DNA of 64,000 bases from Polaribacter sp. Its GTDB lineage: Bacteria; Bacteroidota; Bacteroidia; Flavobacteriales; Flavobacteriaceae. The stretch is taken from contig NZ_JAHEHX010000002.1 of the NCBI RefSeq assembly GCF_024639685.1, positions 132,825 through 196,824 on the forward strand, read 5' to 3'. Below are positions 33,360 to 42,917 of this stretch, piece after piece. The notes under the pieces are model-generated. The model did no database searches, had not been told where the DNA came from, and saw only the letters and a list, made by a program, of their open reading frames with translations. Position numbers and translations under genes: made by a program. Within the stretch, counting starts at the first letter, position 1. Every line of letters begins with the position of its first letter.

Positions 33360-34079
33360 ATGCAAATTAAGAAAAATCCAAAATCGAATTTAGAAAATTT
33401 TAGCAAAATTTTCATGCAAATAGGGCTTGTGTTAGCTTTGTTCGTAACATATGCAGCAATAGAACAGAAAACCTATGATAAAACGTATGGTGATTTAGCT
33501 GTCGTAAATATGAATGCTGAAATGGAAGAGGAAATTCCAATTACAGAAAGAATAGAGCCAGTTAAACCTAAAACACCACCACCTCCAACTCCAGAAAAGA
33601 TTGAAGTAGTAGAAGACGAAAAAGAAGTAGAAGAAACTGTAATTGAATCTACAGAAACTGATGAGGACGATGCTGTTGTTGTTGAAGAGATTGTAGAGAT
33701 CGAAGAAGCAGAAGAAGTAGTTGAAGATGTAAGTTTCATGATTATTGAAGACGTTCCTGTTTTTCCTGGGTGTAAAGGGAATAAAGTTGAGCTTAAAAAC
33801 TGTTTTAGTAAAATGGTACAAAAACATTTCTCAAGAAAGTTTGATGCTGAATTACCAAATGAATTAGGATTATCACCAGGTAAAAAAAGAGTTTTCATAG
33901 GTTTTAAGATTGACAAACAAGGTAACATTGTTAACGTACAAGCAAGAGGACCTCATCCAAAAATTGAAAGCGAAGTTATTAGCGTAATGAACAAATTACC
34001 TAAAATGAAGCCAGGTAGACAGAGAGGTAAACCAGTAGGCGTAAAATATAGTATTCCTTTTTCTTTAATTGTAGAGTAA
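33360..34079 (+). CDS. Energy transducer TonB
   Basis: N-terminal TM anchor, Pro/Glu-rich linker, TonB C-domain PVFPGC...KPGRQRGKPVGVKYSIP. Confidence 0.9.
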   Translation: MQIKKNPKSNLENFSKIFMQIGLVLALFVTYAAIEQKTYDKTYGDLAVVNMNAEMEEEIPITERIEPVKPKTPPPPTPEKIEVVEDEKEVEETVIESTETDEDDAVVVEEIVEIEEAEEVVEDVSFMIIEDVPVFPGCKGNKVELKNCFSKMVQKHFSRKFDAELPNELGLSPGKKRVFIGFKIDKQGNIVNVQARGPHPKIESEVISVMNKLPKMKPGRQRGKPVGVKYSIPFSLIVE

Positions 34080-34102
34080 AAAATACTTAACACAACATAA
34101 CT

Positions 34103-34135
34103 AAAACGTTTAGAACTTTTCTAAACGTTTTTTTT
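34103..34135 (+). terminator. Intrinsic terminator after tonB
   Basis: AAAACGTTTAGA-acttt-TCTAAACGTTTT plus T run. Confidence 0.85.
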
Positions 34136-34188
34136 GTTTTACATTTAAATTCATATGAATAGTAAAAATCACCTTAAGTACAAATAAA

Positions 34189-34824
34189 ATGAAAATAATT
34201 TCAACCAATATTGGTAAGCCTACTGAATTTATTTGGCAAGGAAAAACTGAGACTACTGGTATATTCAAAAAACCTATAAACGAACCTGTTTTCCTTACTA
34301 AAAATGATGTACTAAATGATGAAGTTACCAATCGGTTAAATCATGGGGGTTATTACAAAGCTTGTTATCTTTTTTCTGCAGATCAATACCCATATTGGAA
34401 AGAACTATATCCAAATTTAGATTGGACGTGAGGTATGTTTGGGGAAAATTTAACTGTTATGAACTTTGATGAAAAGCAAGTTTATTTAGGGGCTATTTAT
34501 AAGGTTGGTAAAGCAGTTGTATAGGTTTCTCAATATAGAGAACCTTGCTACAAGTTTGGGTATAAATTTGGTACTCAAAAAGTATTAGAACAATTTATAA
34601 CACATGGTGATGGAGGTACATATTTAAGTGTTCTAGAGGAAGGATATGTAAATATAAATGATGAATTTATACTTATAGAAAAACCTAAAAATAGTTTAAC
34701 TGTCTACGATCTATTCCAAGTAGTTTTTAGTAAAAACAAAGATCAAGATTTATTAAAAATCGCTGTAAAAAGTAAAGCGATTCCACCAAAAAAAAGAATG
34801 CTATTAAGTAACTATATTAAATAA
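34189..34824 (+). pseudogene. MOSC-domain (YiiM-like) protein, two in-frame nonsense codons
   Basis: Frame continues past TGA 34429-34431 (DWT*GMFGENLTV) and TAG 34522-34524 (AVV*VSQYREPCYKFG) to TAA 34822-34824; 211 codons in total. Confidence 0.88.
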
Positions 34825-34927
34825 AAGTAAATTAATGACAAACTATAAAGGGTTATAGAAATAAAACAAAAAAAGCTCAATAAAACGTTATTTTATTAAG
34901 CCTTTTAGAGTAGTATAAACGATTCAA

Positions 34928-35281
34928 TTAATCGTTGTTTACAGCTACTTTAGAATCAGGCTTCCATACATTCACTGAAGCAATTGCATTACTTTCGTAA
35001 TTAATTTCTTTTAAAGAATCCGCTGTCCATACGAACCACTTACCTATTTTTTTTCCATTATTATAATACGCTAATTGTACTTTGTTTCCATTCTTATCAA
35101 AACGAACCCATTCTCCTGTCAATTTTTTATCCTTAAAAAAACCTTGGGTTTTTATAGAACCATCTTTATAATAATAAGTTGCTTTCACTAAATCACCATG
35201 AGCGTTAAAAGTCGGTTTTTGTTCTTGAGCATACCCTATCATCGTAAGGCTAAATATCATTATTGCTAAAATATTTTTCAT
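34928..35281 (-). CDS. Secreted MORN-variant repeat protein, 117 aa
   Basis: Signal peptide; YYYKDGSIKTQGFFKDKKLTGEW and YYNNGKKIGKW repeats. Confidence 0.8.
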   Translation of the reverse strand: MKNILAIMIFSLTMIGYAQEQKPTFNAHGDLVKATYYYKDGSIKTQGFFKDKKLTGEWVRFDKNGNKVQLAYYNNGKKIGKWFVWTADSLKEINYESNAIASVNVWKPDSKVAVNND

Positions 35282-35313
35282 AGTTTTATATTTTAAGGTT
35301 TACATTTCCTTTA

Positions 35314-35368
35314 CAAATATAATAAATAAGTTACAATTAATCAACAATCACATAACATTAATTTAACA
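35314..35368 (-). promoter_or_regulatory. -7 box TATATTTG (35314-35321) with four 11-bp-phased TGTTA-like repeats upstream
   Basis: Plus-strand TTACA 35331, CAACA 35342, TAACA 35353, TAACA 35364. Confidence 0.6.
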
Positions 35369-35523
35369 TTGAGTAAATAAACTGATGTAATCATCTAATA
35401 ATCATATGTTTAACCATAAATAATTGTTAACATTAGAAGAAATAATAAAGGAAGTATAACTATTTACACGCTTACTCTTTTTTAATTTTGAAATAAAATG
35501 TACAGAAAGACTAAAAAAATAGA

Positions 35524-36198
35524 TTACGTTTTTTTTTGAGGAACTGCTATAAAGTCCTTCAAATAAAAAGGTTCAAAATATGCAACATCTTCAAAAGTAT
35601 TATTTACATATTTTTCATACGATAAAAAAGCCATTTGTTCTGAAGATGGAAATTTGCCATCTATAAACTTTGCATTTTTATGTTTTATTACTGGTTTGCA
35701 TTTTAAAGCACCATCTCCTAAAAAAGTAACTAATCCCTTATTTAAATAATTTAAGTAAGTATTATCAGTTACAATTTCTGCCTTAATACCACGTAAAGAT
35801 TGGTTTTGAATACTAAAAACATCTGAATATACTTCCATTCTTCTAGCATCTATCATAGGTATTATGCAGCCCTCTGAGATTGATATAGCATTAGCCAATG
35901 ACTGTAATGTATCTATAGAAATTAATGGAATATTATTTGCAAAGCAAAGCCCTTTTGCTGCAGAAACTCCAATTCTAAGACCGGTGTATGATCCAGGGCC
36001 TTTACTAACAGCTACTGCGTCAATATTTTTAATTGTAAGTTGGCTCTCTTTTAATACATTTTCTATAAATGGATGTAAAACTTCAGCGTGAGAATAATTC
36101 CCATTATTTAATTCTTTTACTGCAATTACTCTTCCTTTACTAGCTATACTTACCGAACAATTTTTTGTAGCAGTTTCTATATTTAAAATAATGCTCAA
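35524..36198 (-). CDS. tsaB: tRNA threonylcarbamoyladenosine biosynthesis protein TsaB
   Basis: IETATKNCSV, HAEVL, GPGSYTGLRIG, DARRMEVY. Confidence 0.96.
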   Translation of the reverse strand: MSIILNIETATKNCSVSIASKGRVIAVKELNNGNYSHAEVLHPFIENVLKESQLTIKNIDAVAVSKGPGSYTGLRIGVSAAKGLCFANNIPLISIDTLQSLANAISISEGCIIPMIDARRMEVYSDVFSIQNQSLRGIKAEIVTDNTYLNYLNKGLVTFLGDGALKCKPVIKHKNAKFIDGKFPSSEQMAFLSYEKYVNNTFEDVAYFEPFYLKDFIAVPQKKT

Positions 36199-36224
36199 AT
36201 CTATTTTTTTTTCAAATATACTTA

Positions 36225-36251
36225 TAAAAAAAACCTCACTAAAAGTGAGGT
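36225..36251 (-). terminator. Intrinsic terminator after TolC gene
   Basis: Minus strand ACCTCACT-ttt-AGTGAGGT-T8. Confidence 0.75.
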
Positions 36252-36277
36252 CTAAATTTATATATGTAAACTATTAT

Positions 36278-37609
36278 TTATTCTAAAATTAAATCACCCG
36301 CATAAAACTGCAGAACTTTCGTTTTAAATACATAATCGTATTTAGATCTTATAAGAGTAGCCTGTGCATTTACCAATCGTGTTCTTACTTGATCAAAATC
36401 GAATTGTGTCATCGCACCAAAATTATAGCGCTCTTGCGCATTTTTAAAAGATTCTTGCTGAGCCTCTAAAGATATTTTTGCAGCTTCATAACTTTTAAGA
36501 GCCGTTTTAACATCTAAAAAAGACTGCTCGATGGTTTGTTTTAAATTTAATTTTTCACTCTCTAAACGAGTTTCAAATATGCTTTTACTTATGAAAGCCT
36601 GTGAAACTCTATTTTTTGTTTGGAAACGATTAAAAATTGGAATACGTATATTAAATCCAAAACCATATCCTAAGTTATCATTCACTTGATCAAAAAATTC
36701 TGTATTACTAAATCCTGGAGGTAAATTTAAATTGTATCCATAATTGGTAGAAAGACCAGCAGAGGCGGTTATAGAAGGTAAAAAGTCTGCTTTTGAAATT
36801 TCTATACTCAAATCAGCATTTTCAATTGCCAATTTTGCTCTTTCTATTTCAGGAAGATTGTCTAAAGATTTTTCATAAATATTATTAGAATCTGTGTAAA
36901 ACAAGTTTTCTGACGGGGAGCCAACGTCTACAGGAGCGACATCAAATCCTTCAGCAGGGATTTGTAAAATTTGAGCTAAATTTAACAAAGCCAAATCCAA
37001 GGCATTTTCTTGTGTGATTACAGTTTGTAGATTTGAAGCTGCAGTAGATTCTGTATTTAGAAGATCTCCTTTAGGTATTACTCCAGATTTAAATCTACTT
37101 TTTGCGGCTATAATTTGATTTTCACTAATCTGATACTGTACTCTAGCAGCATTTAAATTTTCTTTTGCAAAAAGGACGTTTAAATAACCATTAACTACAA
37201 ATAAAGAGATATCGTTTTCGATTTTCTTTAAATCTAATTGACTAGATTTTACACCTAACTGTGCTTGCTTATAGATATTCGTATTTCTGAAACCGTTAAA
37301 AACGTTAACACCTGAGCTTAAATTTATAGACCCTCCAAAGAAACTGGTATTTACCCTATCTTGAGATACCGGATCAAAACCAGTACCAAAATTTAAATTA
37401 CCGCCTGTATTTCCTGACAAATTAGGAAGAAAGTTACCTTTTGCAATAGCCACATCAACTTCTGAGGAAGCAAGATTTAACTTATTTTGTTGGATGGAAA
37501 TGTTTTTACTTAAAGCTTCATCTACACATTCTTTTAAGGTCCATTGTTTTTGCGAAAAAGTTGCAATAGACATAAATAAAACGAGCAGCACTATAGATTG
37601 ATTTCTCAA
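36278..37609 (-). CDS. TolC family outer-membrane efflux protein
   Basis: WTLKECVDEALSKN, AKGNFLPNL, PIFNRFQ, AQERYNFG. Confidence 0.92.
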   Translation of the reverse strand: MRNQSIVLLVLFMSIATFSQKQWTLKECVDEALSKNISIQQNKLNLASSEVDVAIAKGNFLPNLSGNTGGNLNFGTGFDPVSQDRVNTSFFGGSINLSSGVNVFNGFRNTNIYKQAQLGVKSSQLDLKKIENDISLFVVNGYLNVLFAKENLNAARVQYQISENQIIAAKSRFKSGVIPKGDLLNTESTAASNLQTVITQENALDLALLNLAQILQIPAEGFDVAPVDVGSPSENLFYTDSNNIYEKSLDNLPEIERAKLAIENADLSIEISKADFLPSITASAGLSTNYGYNLNLPPGFSNTEFFDQVNDNLGYGFGFNIRIPIFNRFQTKNRVSQAFISKSIFETRLESEKLNLKQTIEQSFLDVKTALKSYEAAKISLEAQQESFKNAQERYNFGAMTQFDFDQVRTRLVNAQATLIRSKYDYVFKTKVLQFYAGDLILE

Positions 37610-37733
37610 AACTTAAATATTTTTTTGGTTGATTAACAGATCCTAATTAATAAATAAAAATGTTTTTATTTCAATTTATTAGTAAGACGTTTAAAAGTAA
37701 AATTTGTTACATAATTTTACTCTTATTGAAATG

Positions 37734-37955
37734 TTAATTTTTAATTCTCTTTCTATACCTATATAGAGTAAAGAATAATACCCCAATTAATAAATAAGGA
37801 AAAACCATTAAATAAGTAATTCCGTTGTTTACTCCTTCTGCCATAGAAATATCGCCAGTTTCAACAACTGCTTTACACATGGCACATTGAGAAAAACCAA
37901 TGTTAGAGATTCCTATAAAAAACAAGAGTACTAATGACTGTTTAATTTTAAGCAT
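37734..37955 (-). CDS. Small hypothetical membrane protein with CxxC
   Basis: Signal-like N-terminus, QCAMCKA, C-terminal TM; last gene of cox accessory operon. Confidence 0.7.
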   Translation of the reverse strand: MLKIKQSLVLLFFIGISNIGFSQCAMCKAVVETGDISMAEGVNNGITYLMVFPYLLIGVLFFTLYRYRKRIKN

Positions 37956-38487
37956 AATAAGGAGAAATCATAACGTAAACTATAACACCGGTAACGGCCA
38001 CATATAACCAAATTGGAAAAGTTTTTTTAGCTATTTTCCTATGGTCCGCAAAAAGACCAAGTTTTGCTTTCATATAAGTTAACAAAACAAAAGGGATTAC
38101 GATTATTGACAATACAATATGGGTTACTAAAATAAAATAATATACATAAGCTATAACCCCTTTACCTCCAAAAACTGTTGAATCTGAAGTCATGTGATAT
38201 GCAATATACATTACTAAAAAAGCTAAAGAAAGTGCAATTGCGGTTGTATTTAACTGCTCATGTAACCTTTTATTTCCTTTCTTAATAGCTACGACTGCAA
38301 CTATTAGAACAACTGCTGTTAAGCCATTAATGAAAGCATAAATTGGTGGTAAAAAAATTAAAGGTTCAACATCGAAACCTAATTCTCTTAAATTAATTCC
38401 AAATAAAGCAGCGACTGCTAATGGAATAATAATAGTTAAAACGGTAATAATTTTTTTGTATTTTTTTTCTTGGGCTATATTATTCAT
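37948..38487 (-). CDS. DUF420 family membrane protein (oxidase assembly)
   Basis: AFINGLTA, FLVMYIAYH, YYFILVTHI, IWLYVAVTG. Confidence 0.85.
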   Translation of the reverse strand: MNNIAQEKKYKKIITVLTIIIPLAVAALFGINLRELGFDVEPLIFLPPIYAFINGLTAVVLIVAVVAIKKGNKRLHEQLNTTAIALSLAFLVMYIAYHMTSDSTVFGGKGVIAYVYYFILVTHIVLSIIVIPFVLLTYMKAKLGLFADHRKIAKKTFPIWLYVAVTGVIVYVMISPYYA

Positions 38488-39124
38488 TCAATAGTAATTT
38501 AATGTCTTCTTTTAATTCTTTCATTTGGTCTGGAAAATCTTTATCTCCTAAAGCACTATAATACATTAACGGATTACCTAAATCATCTTTCCTAGATCTG
38601 ATATAGCCATTTTTATCTACAAGGGCAAATAAACCTGAATGCTCAAAACCACCATGAGACTCCTCTCCTTTACCAACATATAATTTAAAACCTTTAGTAG
38701 ATAGTTCGTAAACGACATCTTGAGACTTTCCCGTTAGTAGATGCCAGTTTTTGTGAGTTATATCGTTATTCTTTGCATATTCTTTTAAAACAGCTGGAGT
38801 ATCAATGTCTGGTGTTATAGATATTGATGCAATTCCAAACTCAGGATTCCCAAAAAATGCATTTTGTAGTACTACCATTTTTTGATTCATAATTGGGCAA
38901 ATACTTGGGCAAGTTGAAAAGAAAAACTCAACCACATAGACTTTATCTTCATAAGAAGCGTTGGTTATGGTTTTACCTTCTTGATTTATAAATTCAAAAT
39001 TAGGTACTTTACCAAACTTTAGTAAAACAGAATCATCAAATCTGTTTACTATTTTAGGAATTGCGTAGATTCCGAATAATAAAATAACAAAAGTAATACC
39101 TACATAAGAATACTTTTTTTTCAT
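38480..39124 (-). CDS. SCO family copper chaperone
   Basis: FFFSTCPSICP CxxxC and HSG His ligand. Confidence 0.92.
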   Translation of the reverse strand: MKKKYSYVGITFVILLFGIYAIPKIVNRFDDSVLLKFGKVPNFEFINQEGKTITNASYEDKVYVVEFFFSTCPSICPIMNQKMVVLQNAFFGNPEFGIASISITPDIDTPAVLKEYAKNNDITHKNWHLLTGKSQDVVYELSTKGFKLYVGKGEESHGGFEHSGLFALVDKNGYIRSRKDDLGNPLMYYSALGDKDFPDQMKELKEDIKLLLNE

Positions 39125-39792
39125 AAAACTATTTCTTTTCTGCTTGCTTTATTTTTATTTTTTTCTTTAAATGCTGCGTAGTATTCGTAATACAAAACTT
39201 TAATATCATCTTTCAGTTTACTTTTTAAAACAGAAACTGAATTTATATTATAACCATACATTTTGCCGTCTTTGCTGTCTTCATCTTGGGTTCTACCTCT
39301 TAAGTTTCCTTCTCTGTCAATTAGATATACATAATTTGAAGCTAGATTGTTTAAAGACTTATTCGTTGCTAGAGCATCATAGAAACCATCTATTTCAACT
39401 TTTGAACTTTCTAAAAAAATCCAACTCTTCATATCTGTAAAACTAGATAGTTTTTCTTTTAACTGTTTCACATTATCATTCTGACCTTTCGGATAAACAG
39501 CAATAATTTGAAAACGTTTATAATCTAAAAATGATTTGTAAATTTTTTCATTTAAAGCTAATACACCCGGTTGCATTTTTGCGCTCTCAGTTCCTAAGAA
39601 ACAAATAATAGAAATGTGATCTTTAAAAGTGTTTCGCTTAGTGCTATCTATCTCAGAAATATCTACAATATCTTTAGTTAAAATAGGCAACTTTGTAAAG
39701 TTGTTTGTTCCTGTAGATAAGACTAAAAATAGTAATAAAGGAAAAATAAATAATAAGAATAAAACAATTCTTTTTTTAGTAAAAAACTTCAT
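39121..39792 (-). CDS. Hypothetical membrane-anchored thioredoxin/SCO-like protein lacking CxxxC
   Basis: N-terminal TM; YLIDREGNLRG resembles SCO C-terminus. Confidence 0.6.
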   Translation of the reverse strand: MKFFTKKRIVLFLLFIFPLLLFLVLSTGTNNFTKLPILTKDIVDISEIDSTKRNTFKDHISIICFLGTESAKMQPGVLALNEKIYKSFLDYKRFQIIAVYPKGQNDNVKQLKEKLSSFTDMKSWIFLESSKVEIDGFYDALATNKSLNNLASNYVYLIDREGNLRGRTQDEDSKDGKMYGYNINSVSVLKSKLKDDIKVLYYEYYAAFKEKNKNKASRKEIVL

Positions 39793-39845
39793 TTACAAAT
39801 AAGTTTTAAAAAAACTAACTAAATCTTAGCGAATATATAATATAG

Positions 39846-39870
39846 AAAAAGGTGGTTAAAACCACCTTTT
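39846..39870 (-). terminator. Internal terminator after cox subunit IV
   Basis: AAAAGGTGGT-taaa-ACCACCTTTT. Confidence 0.7.
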
Positions 39871-39876
39871 AATTTT

Positions 39877-40218
39877 TTACCAACGAACTAGTGGTGCCAG
39901 AGTATCAAACAGATAATTTCCTTCTATAAGTAGCAATGTTACTAAATAACAGATTAAGAAAATTCCTGTCCAAACAACAGCTCTTCTAAACCATTTTTTT
40001 TCTCCTTCTAAGTGCATAAAAGACCATGCTATATAGTAGGCTTTAAATAAAGTTAGAATTATGAAAATCCAGTTTAAAGGACTAGTCCCTAGAAAACTTG
40101 TTTTGTGTAATAAATCAGGTTTAATAATACCTAATGCTACTTCAACAATAGTAACTACAGATAGTAAACCAAATACCATCCATATTTTCTTAACGTTTGA
40201 TTCGTGTGTGTGTGCCAT
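39877..40218 (-). CDS. Cytochrome c oxidase subunit IV family protein
   Basis: LSVVTIVEV, LTLFKAYYIAWSFMHL. Confidence 0.88.
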   Translation of the reverse strand: MAHTHESNVKKIWMVFGLLSVVTIVEVALGIIKPDLLHKTSFLGTSPLNWIFIILTLFKAYYIAWSFMHLEGEKKWFRRAVVWTGIFLICYLVTLLLIEGNYLFDTLAPLVRW

Positions 40219-40238
40219 TTGTTGTTAATATTTTTTAT

Positions 40239-41219
40239 TTATACTAAGTAGAAGAAAGTGAATACAAAAACCCAAACTAAATCTACAAAGTGCCAATACA
40301 ATCCTACTTTTTCTACCATTTCATAATGCCCTCTCTTTTCATATGTTCCTAGAATGACATTGAAAAATATAATGATATTTAACACAATACCCGAAAGTAC
40401 GTGAAAACCATGAAATCCTGTAATAAAGAAGAAAAAGTTAGCGAATATAGTATTCCCATATTCATTTACCTCTAAGTTAGCACCTTCTACTATTTGTTCA
40501 GCTTTTGCTAATTCAGCCAATCCTTTTTCTCTAGAAAAAATAATTTTTTGTTTTTCTTCTAAATTAATTTGTTCACTTCTAACAAATATAGAAGGGTTTG
40601 CTGCGTAAGAAGTCTTTATCTGAGCCAAAGAGTAATTAGAAACCTCTTCACCACTTTCAAACCATAAGCCATTTTTCTTAGTATGGGTTACTCTACCATC
40701 ATTGCGTTCTCCAACAACAAAATCAGACAAAGCGATCTGATGACCATCTTTAACAAACTGTAATAATTTACCATCTGTAGTTTTAACTGCTCCGTATGTA
40801 CCGTTAATAAACGTATTCCATTCCCAAGCTTGAGAACCTACGAAAATTAAACCTCCAATAATAGTGGCAAACATATACCAAGTTACTTTACTTTTCTTCA
40901 TTTGATGCCCTGCATCAACAGCTAATACCATAGTTACTGAAGAAAAAATTAAGACAAAAGTCATAAACGCTACGTAGTACATTGGGAACTCCCCATGTAT
41001 AAAAGGAATGTGCGTAAATACTTCATCTGCAATTGGCCAAGAATCAATAAATTTAAAACGCGTTAAGCCGTAAGCTGCTAAAAATCCTGAGAATGTTAAT
41101 GCATCAGAAAGAATAAAAAACCACATCATCATTTTACCATAGCTAGCGCTAAATGGTCTTACTCCACCACCACTCCAAGTGTTTTTTCTGTCTGAAGGTA
41201 TAGCAATATTTGCTTCCAT
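40239..41219 (-). CDS. Cytochrome c oxidase subunit III family protein with soluble insertion
   Basis: WFFILSDALTF, ITGFHGFHV, GLYWHFVDLVW. Confidence 0.92.
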   Translation of the reverse strand: MEANIAIPSDRKNTWSGGGVRPFSASYGKMMMWFFILSDALTFSGFLAAYGLTRFKFIDSWPIADEVFTHIPFIHGEFPMYYVAFMTFVLIFSSVTMVLAVDAGHQMKKSKVTWYMFATIIGGLIFVGSQAWEWNTFINGTYGAVKTTDGKLLQFVKDGHQIALSDFVVGERNDGRVTHTKKNGLWFESGEEVSNYSLAQIKTSYAANPSIFVRSEQINLEEKQKIIFSREKGLAELAKAEQIVEGANLEVNEYGNTIFANFFFFITGFHGFHVLSGIVLNIIIFFNVILGTYEKRGHYEMVEKVGLYWHFVDLVWVFVFTFFYLV

Positions 41220-41271
41220 AAATAATATTTAATTAAAATCTAAAATTTTTGTCAAAATTAATCAATTTTCA

Positions 41272-41859
41272 TCACCTAATAAAATAGAAAAAGAAAAATA
41301 GATAAATCCATAATAAATCTACAAAATGCCAAAAAATAGCTCCTAATTCAAAGCCTAATAAGTCTTCTGGCTTGTATTTGTATTTAAAATGATTATAAAT
41401 AACAACAAACAGCACAATAATCCCTGCGAAAATGTGAAGTATATGCATAAATGTTATACCAATAATAAAAGAGGTAGAGACTGTACTCTCTGGTCCTGTA
41501 AAAAATAAACCGATACTTTTTAGTTGATTAAACCCTACATACTGCTGCCAAATGAAACCGATACCTAATATTAAAGTAACAACCACGAGAAGCAGTGATA
41601 ATGCTCTTTTGTCTTTCTTTAAAAAATATTGTGAAAGGAATAATGTAAGGCTACTTATTACTATTAAAACTGTACTGACAAAGAAGGCTTGAGGTAAATC
41701 AAAATCTACCCAATCTTCTCTCTTCATGCTTATTACGTAGGCACTTGTTAGACCTGCAAAAAACATAACCATACTAATCATGGCAATCCATAACATTGGT
41801 TTTGCTGATTTCTTTTGAGCCACTTTATACTCTTGCTCTAATGCTTTTTCTTCTATCAT
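41272..41859 (-). CDS. Second cytochrome c oxidase subunit III family protein
   Basis: MFFAGLTSAY, FMHILH, IFWHFVDLLW. Confidence 0.9.
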   Translation of the reverse strand: MIEEKALEQEYKVAQKKSAKPMLWIAMISMVMFFAGLTSAYVISMKREDWVDFDLPQAFFVSTVLIVISSLTLFLSQYFLKKDKRALSLLLVVVTLILGIGFIWQQYVGFNQLKSIGLFFTGPESTVSTSFIIGITFMHILHIFAGIIVLFVVIYNHFKYKYKPEDLLGFELGAIFWHFVDLLWIYLFFFFYFIR

Positions 41860-41862
41860 GAT

Positions 41863-42765
41863 CTATTGTAAAAATTTATCAATTACATATATTACTTGTA
41901 CAATGGTAATGTATACAACACTAGCCAGCATCAATTTTCGTGCATCTGTGTTTTGTTCTGTTTTATGTAGTTTAACTCCAAAGTAAAGCATCATTAAACC
42001 TAACAATGCTACTATCACAGCAGTAGCTGGGTGGATAAAAAACTCTCCCGATACTTTTAATACAGGGATTACAGAAACTAAAATCATAATCACTGTATAA
42101 AAAATAATCTGCTTTACAGCATTTTTATCTTTAGTGTCAGTTGGTAACATCATAAAACCTGCTTTTTTGTACTCTTCGTATTGCAACCAACCAATGGCCC
42201 AAAAGTGAGGAAATTGCCAAAAAAATTGAATCATAAATAAAACCCCTGCCTCTATTCCAAACTGATTAGTTGCTGCTACCCAACCTAACATAAAAGGAAT
42301 TGCTCCAGGAATTGCGCCCACAAAAACAGTTAACGGCGTAACAGACTTTAACGGAGTATATACAGAAGTATATAAAAATATAGAAATTGCTCCAAATAAA
42401 GCTGTTTTTGGATTTATAGAATATAAAATTGTTAGCCCTAAAATTGTAAATAACAACGCAATAAACATCGCAAAATTCACAGTCATTCTTCCTGTTGGAA
42501 GCGGCCTGTTTTTTGTTCTAAACATTAAGGCATCCGTATCTTTTTCAATAACTTGATTAAATGCATTTGATGCTCCCACCATAAAAAAGCCGCCCAAAGA
42601 AAGCAGTAAGAGTACTTTTAGACTAACTATATCTACAGCCAATAAATATCCAGCAACAGAAGAAAAAACAACACTTAGAGACAAGCCAACTTTAGTAAGT
42701 TGCTTTAAGTCTGACAAAAGTGTCTCTTTTGCTATTTTTGTATCTGAAATTACAGTCGAATCCAT
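41863..42765 (-). CDS. cyoE: Protoheme IX farnesyltransferase (heme O synthase)
   Basis: NQVIEKDTDALMFRTKNRPLP, YTPLK, WQFPHFWAI; TATCTTTG box at 42783-42790. Confidence 0.96.
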   Translation of the reverse strand: MDSTVISDTKIAKETLLSDLKQLTKVGLSLSVVFSSVAGYLLAVDIVSLKVLLLLSLGGFFMVGASNAFNQVIEKDTDALMFRTKNRPLPTGRMTVNFAMFIALLFTILGLTILYSINPKTALFGAISIFLYTSVYTPLKSVTPLTVFVGAIPGAIPFMLGWVAATNQFGIEAGVLFMIQFFWQFPHFWAIGWLQYEEYKKAGFMMLPTDTKDKNAVKQIIFYTVIMILVSVIPVLKVSGEFFIHPATAVIVALLGLMMLYFGVKLHKTEQNTDARKLMLASVVYITIVQVIYVIDKFLQ

Positions 42766-42845
42766 ACTCTGAGAATATTTTACAAAGATATTTGATAATT
42801 ATGAATTTACCACATAATTATGTGGTTTTGTGGTGTTAAAAACAT

Positions 42846-42917
42846 AAAAAAACCCACTCAAAGATGAGTGGGAAAATTGCTATGAAAAAGAAAAAGTGTG
42901 ATTTATTCAACCACTTT
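42846..42917 (-). ncRNA. Candidate ~70-nt small RNA (5' stem, single-stranded seed, terminator)
   Basis: TATATTTA box (42926-42919), AAAGTG..CACTTT stem, TTCTTTTTCATAGCAATTTT, then CCCACTCA-tctt-TGAGTGGG-T7. Confidence 0.5.

Noticed and set aside
33473-33928. Ser/Thr-rich 151-aa and Phe-rich 110-aa minus-strand ORFs
   Set aside because: Mirror of the Glu/Pro-rich TonB linker (GAA repeats).
34429-34524. Selenocysteine or pyrrolysine recoding of the MOSC stops
   Set aside because: The positions correspond to Trp and Gln rather than Cys or Lys, the catalytic Cys (EPC) is a normal codon, and two different stop types are present.
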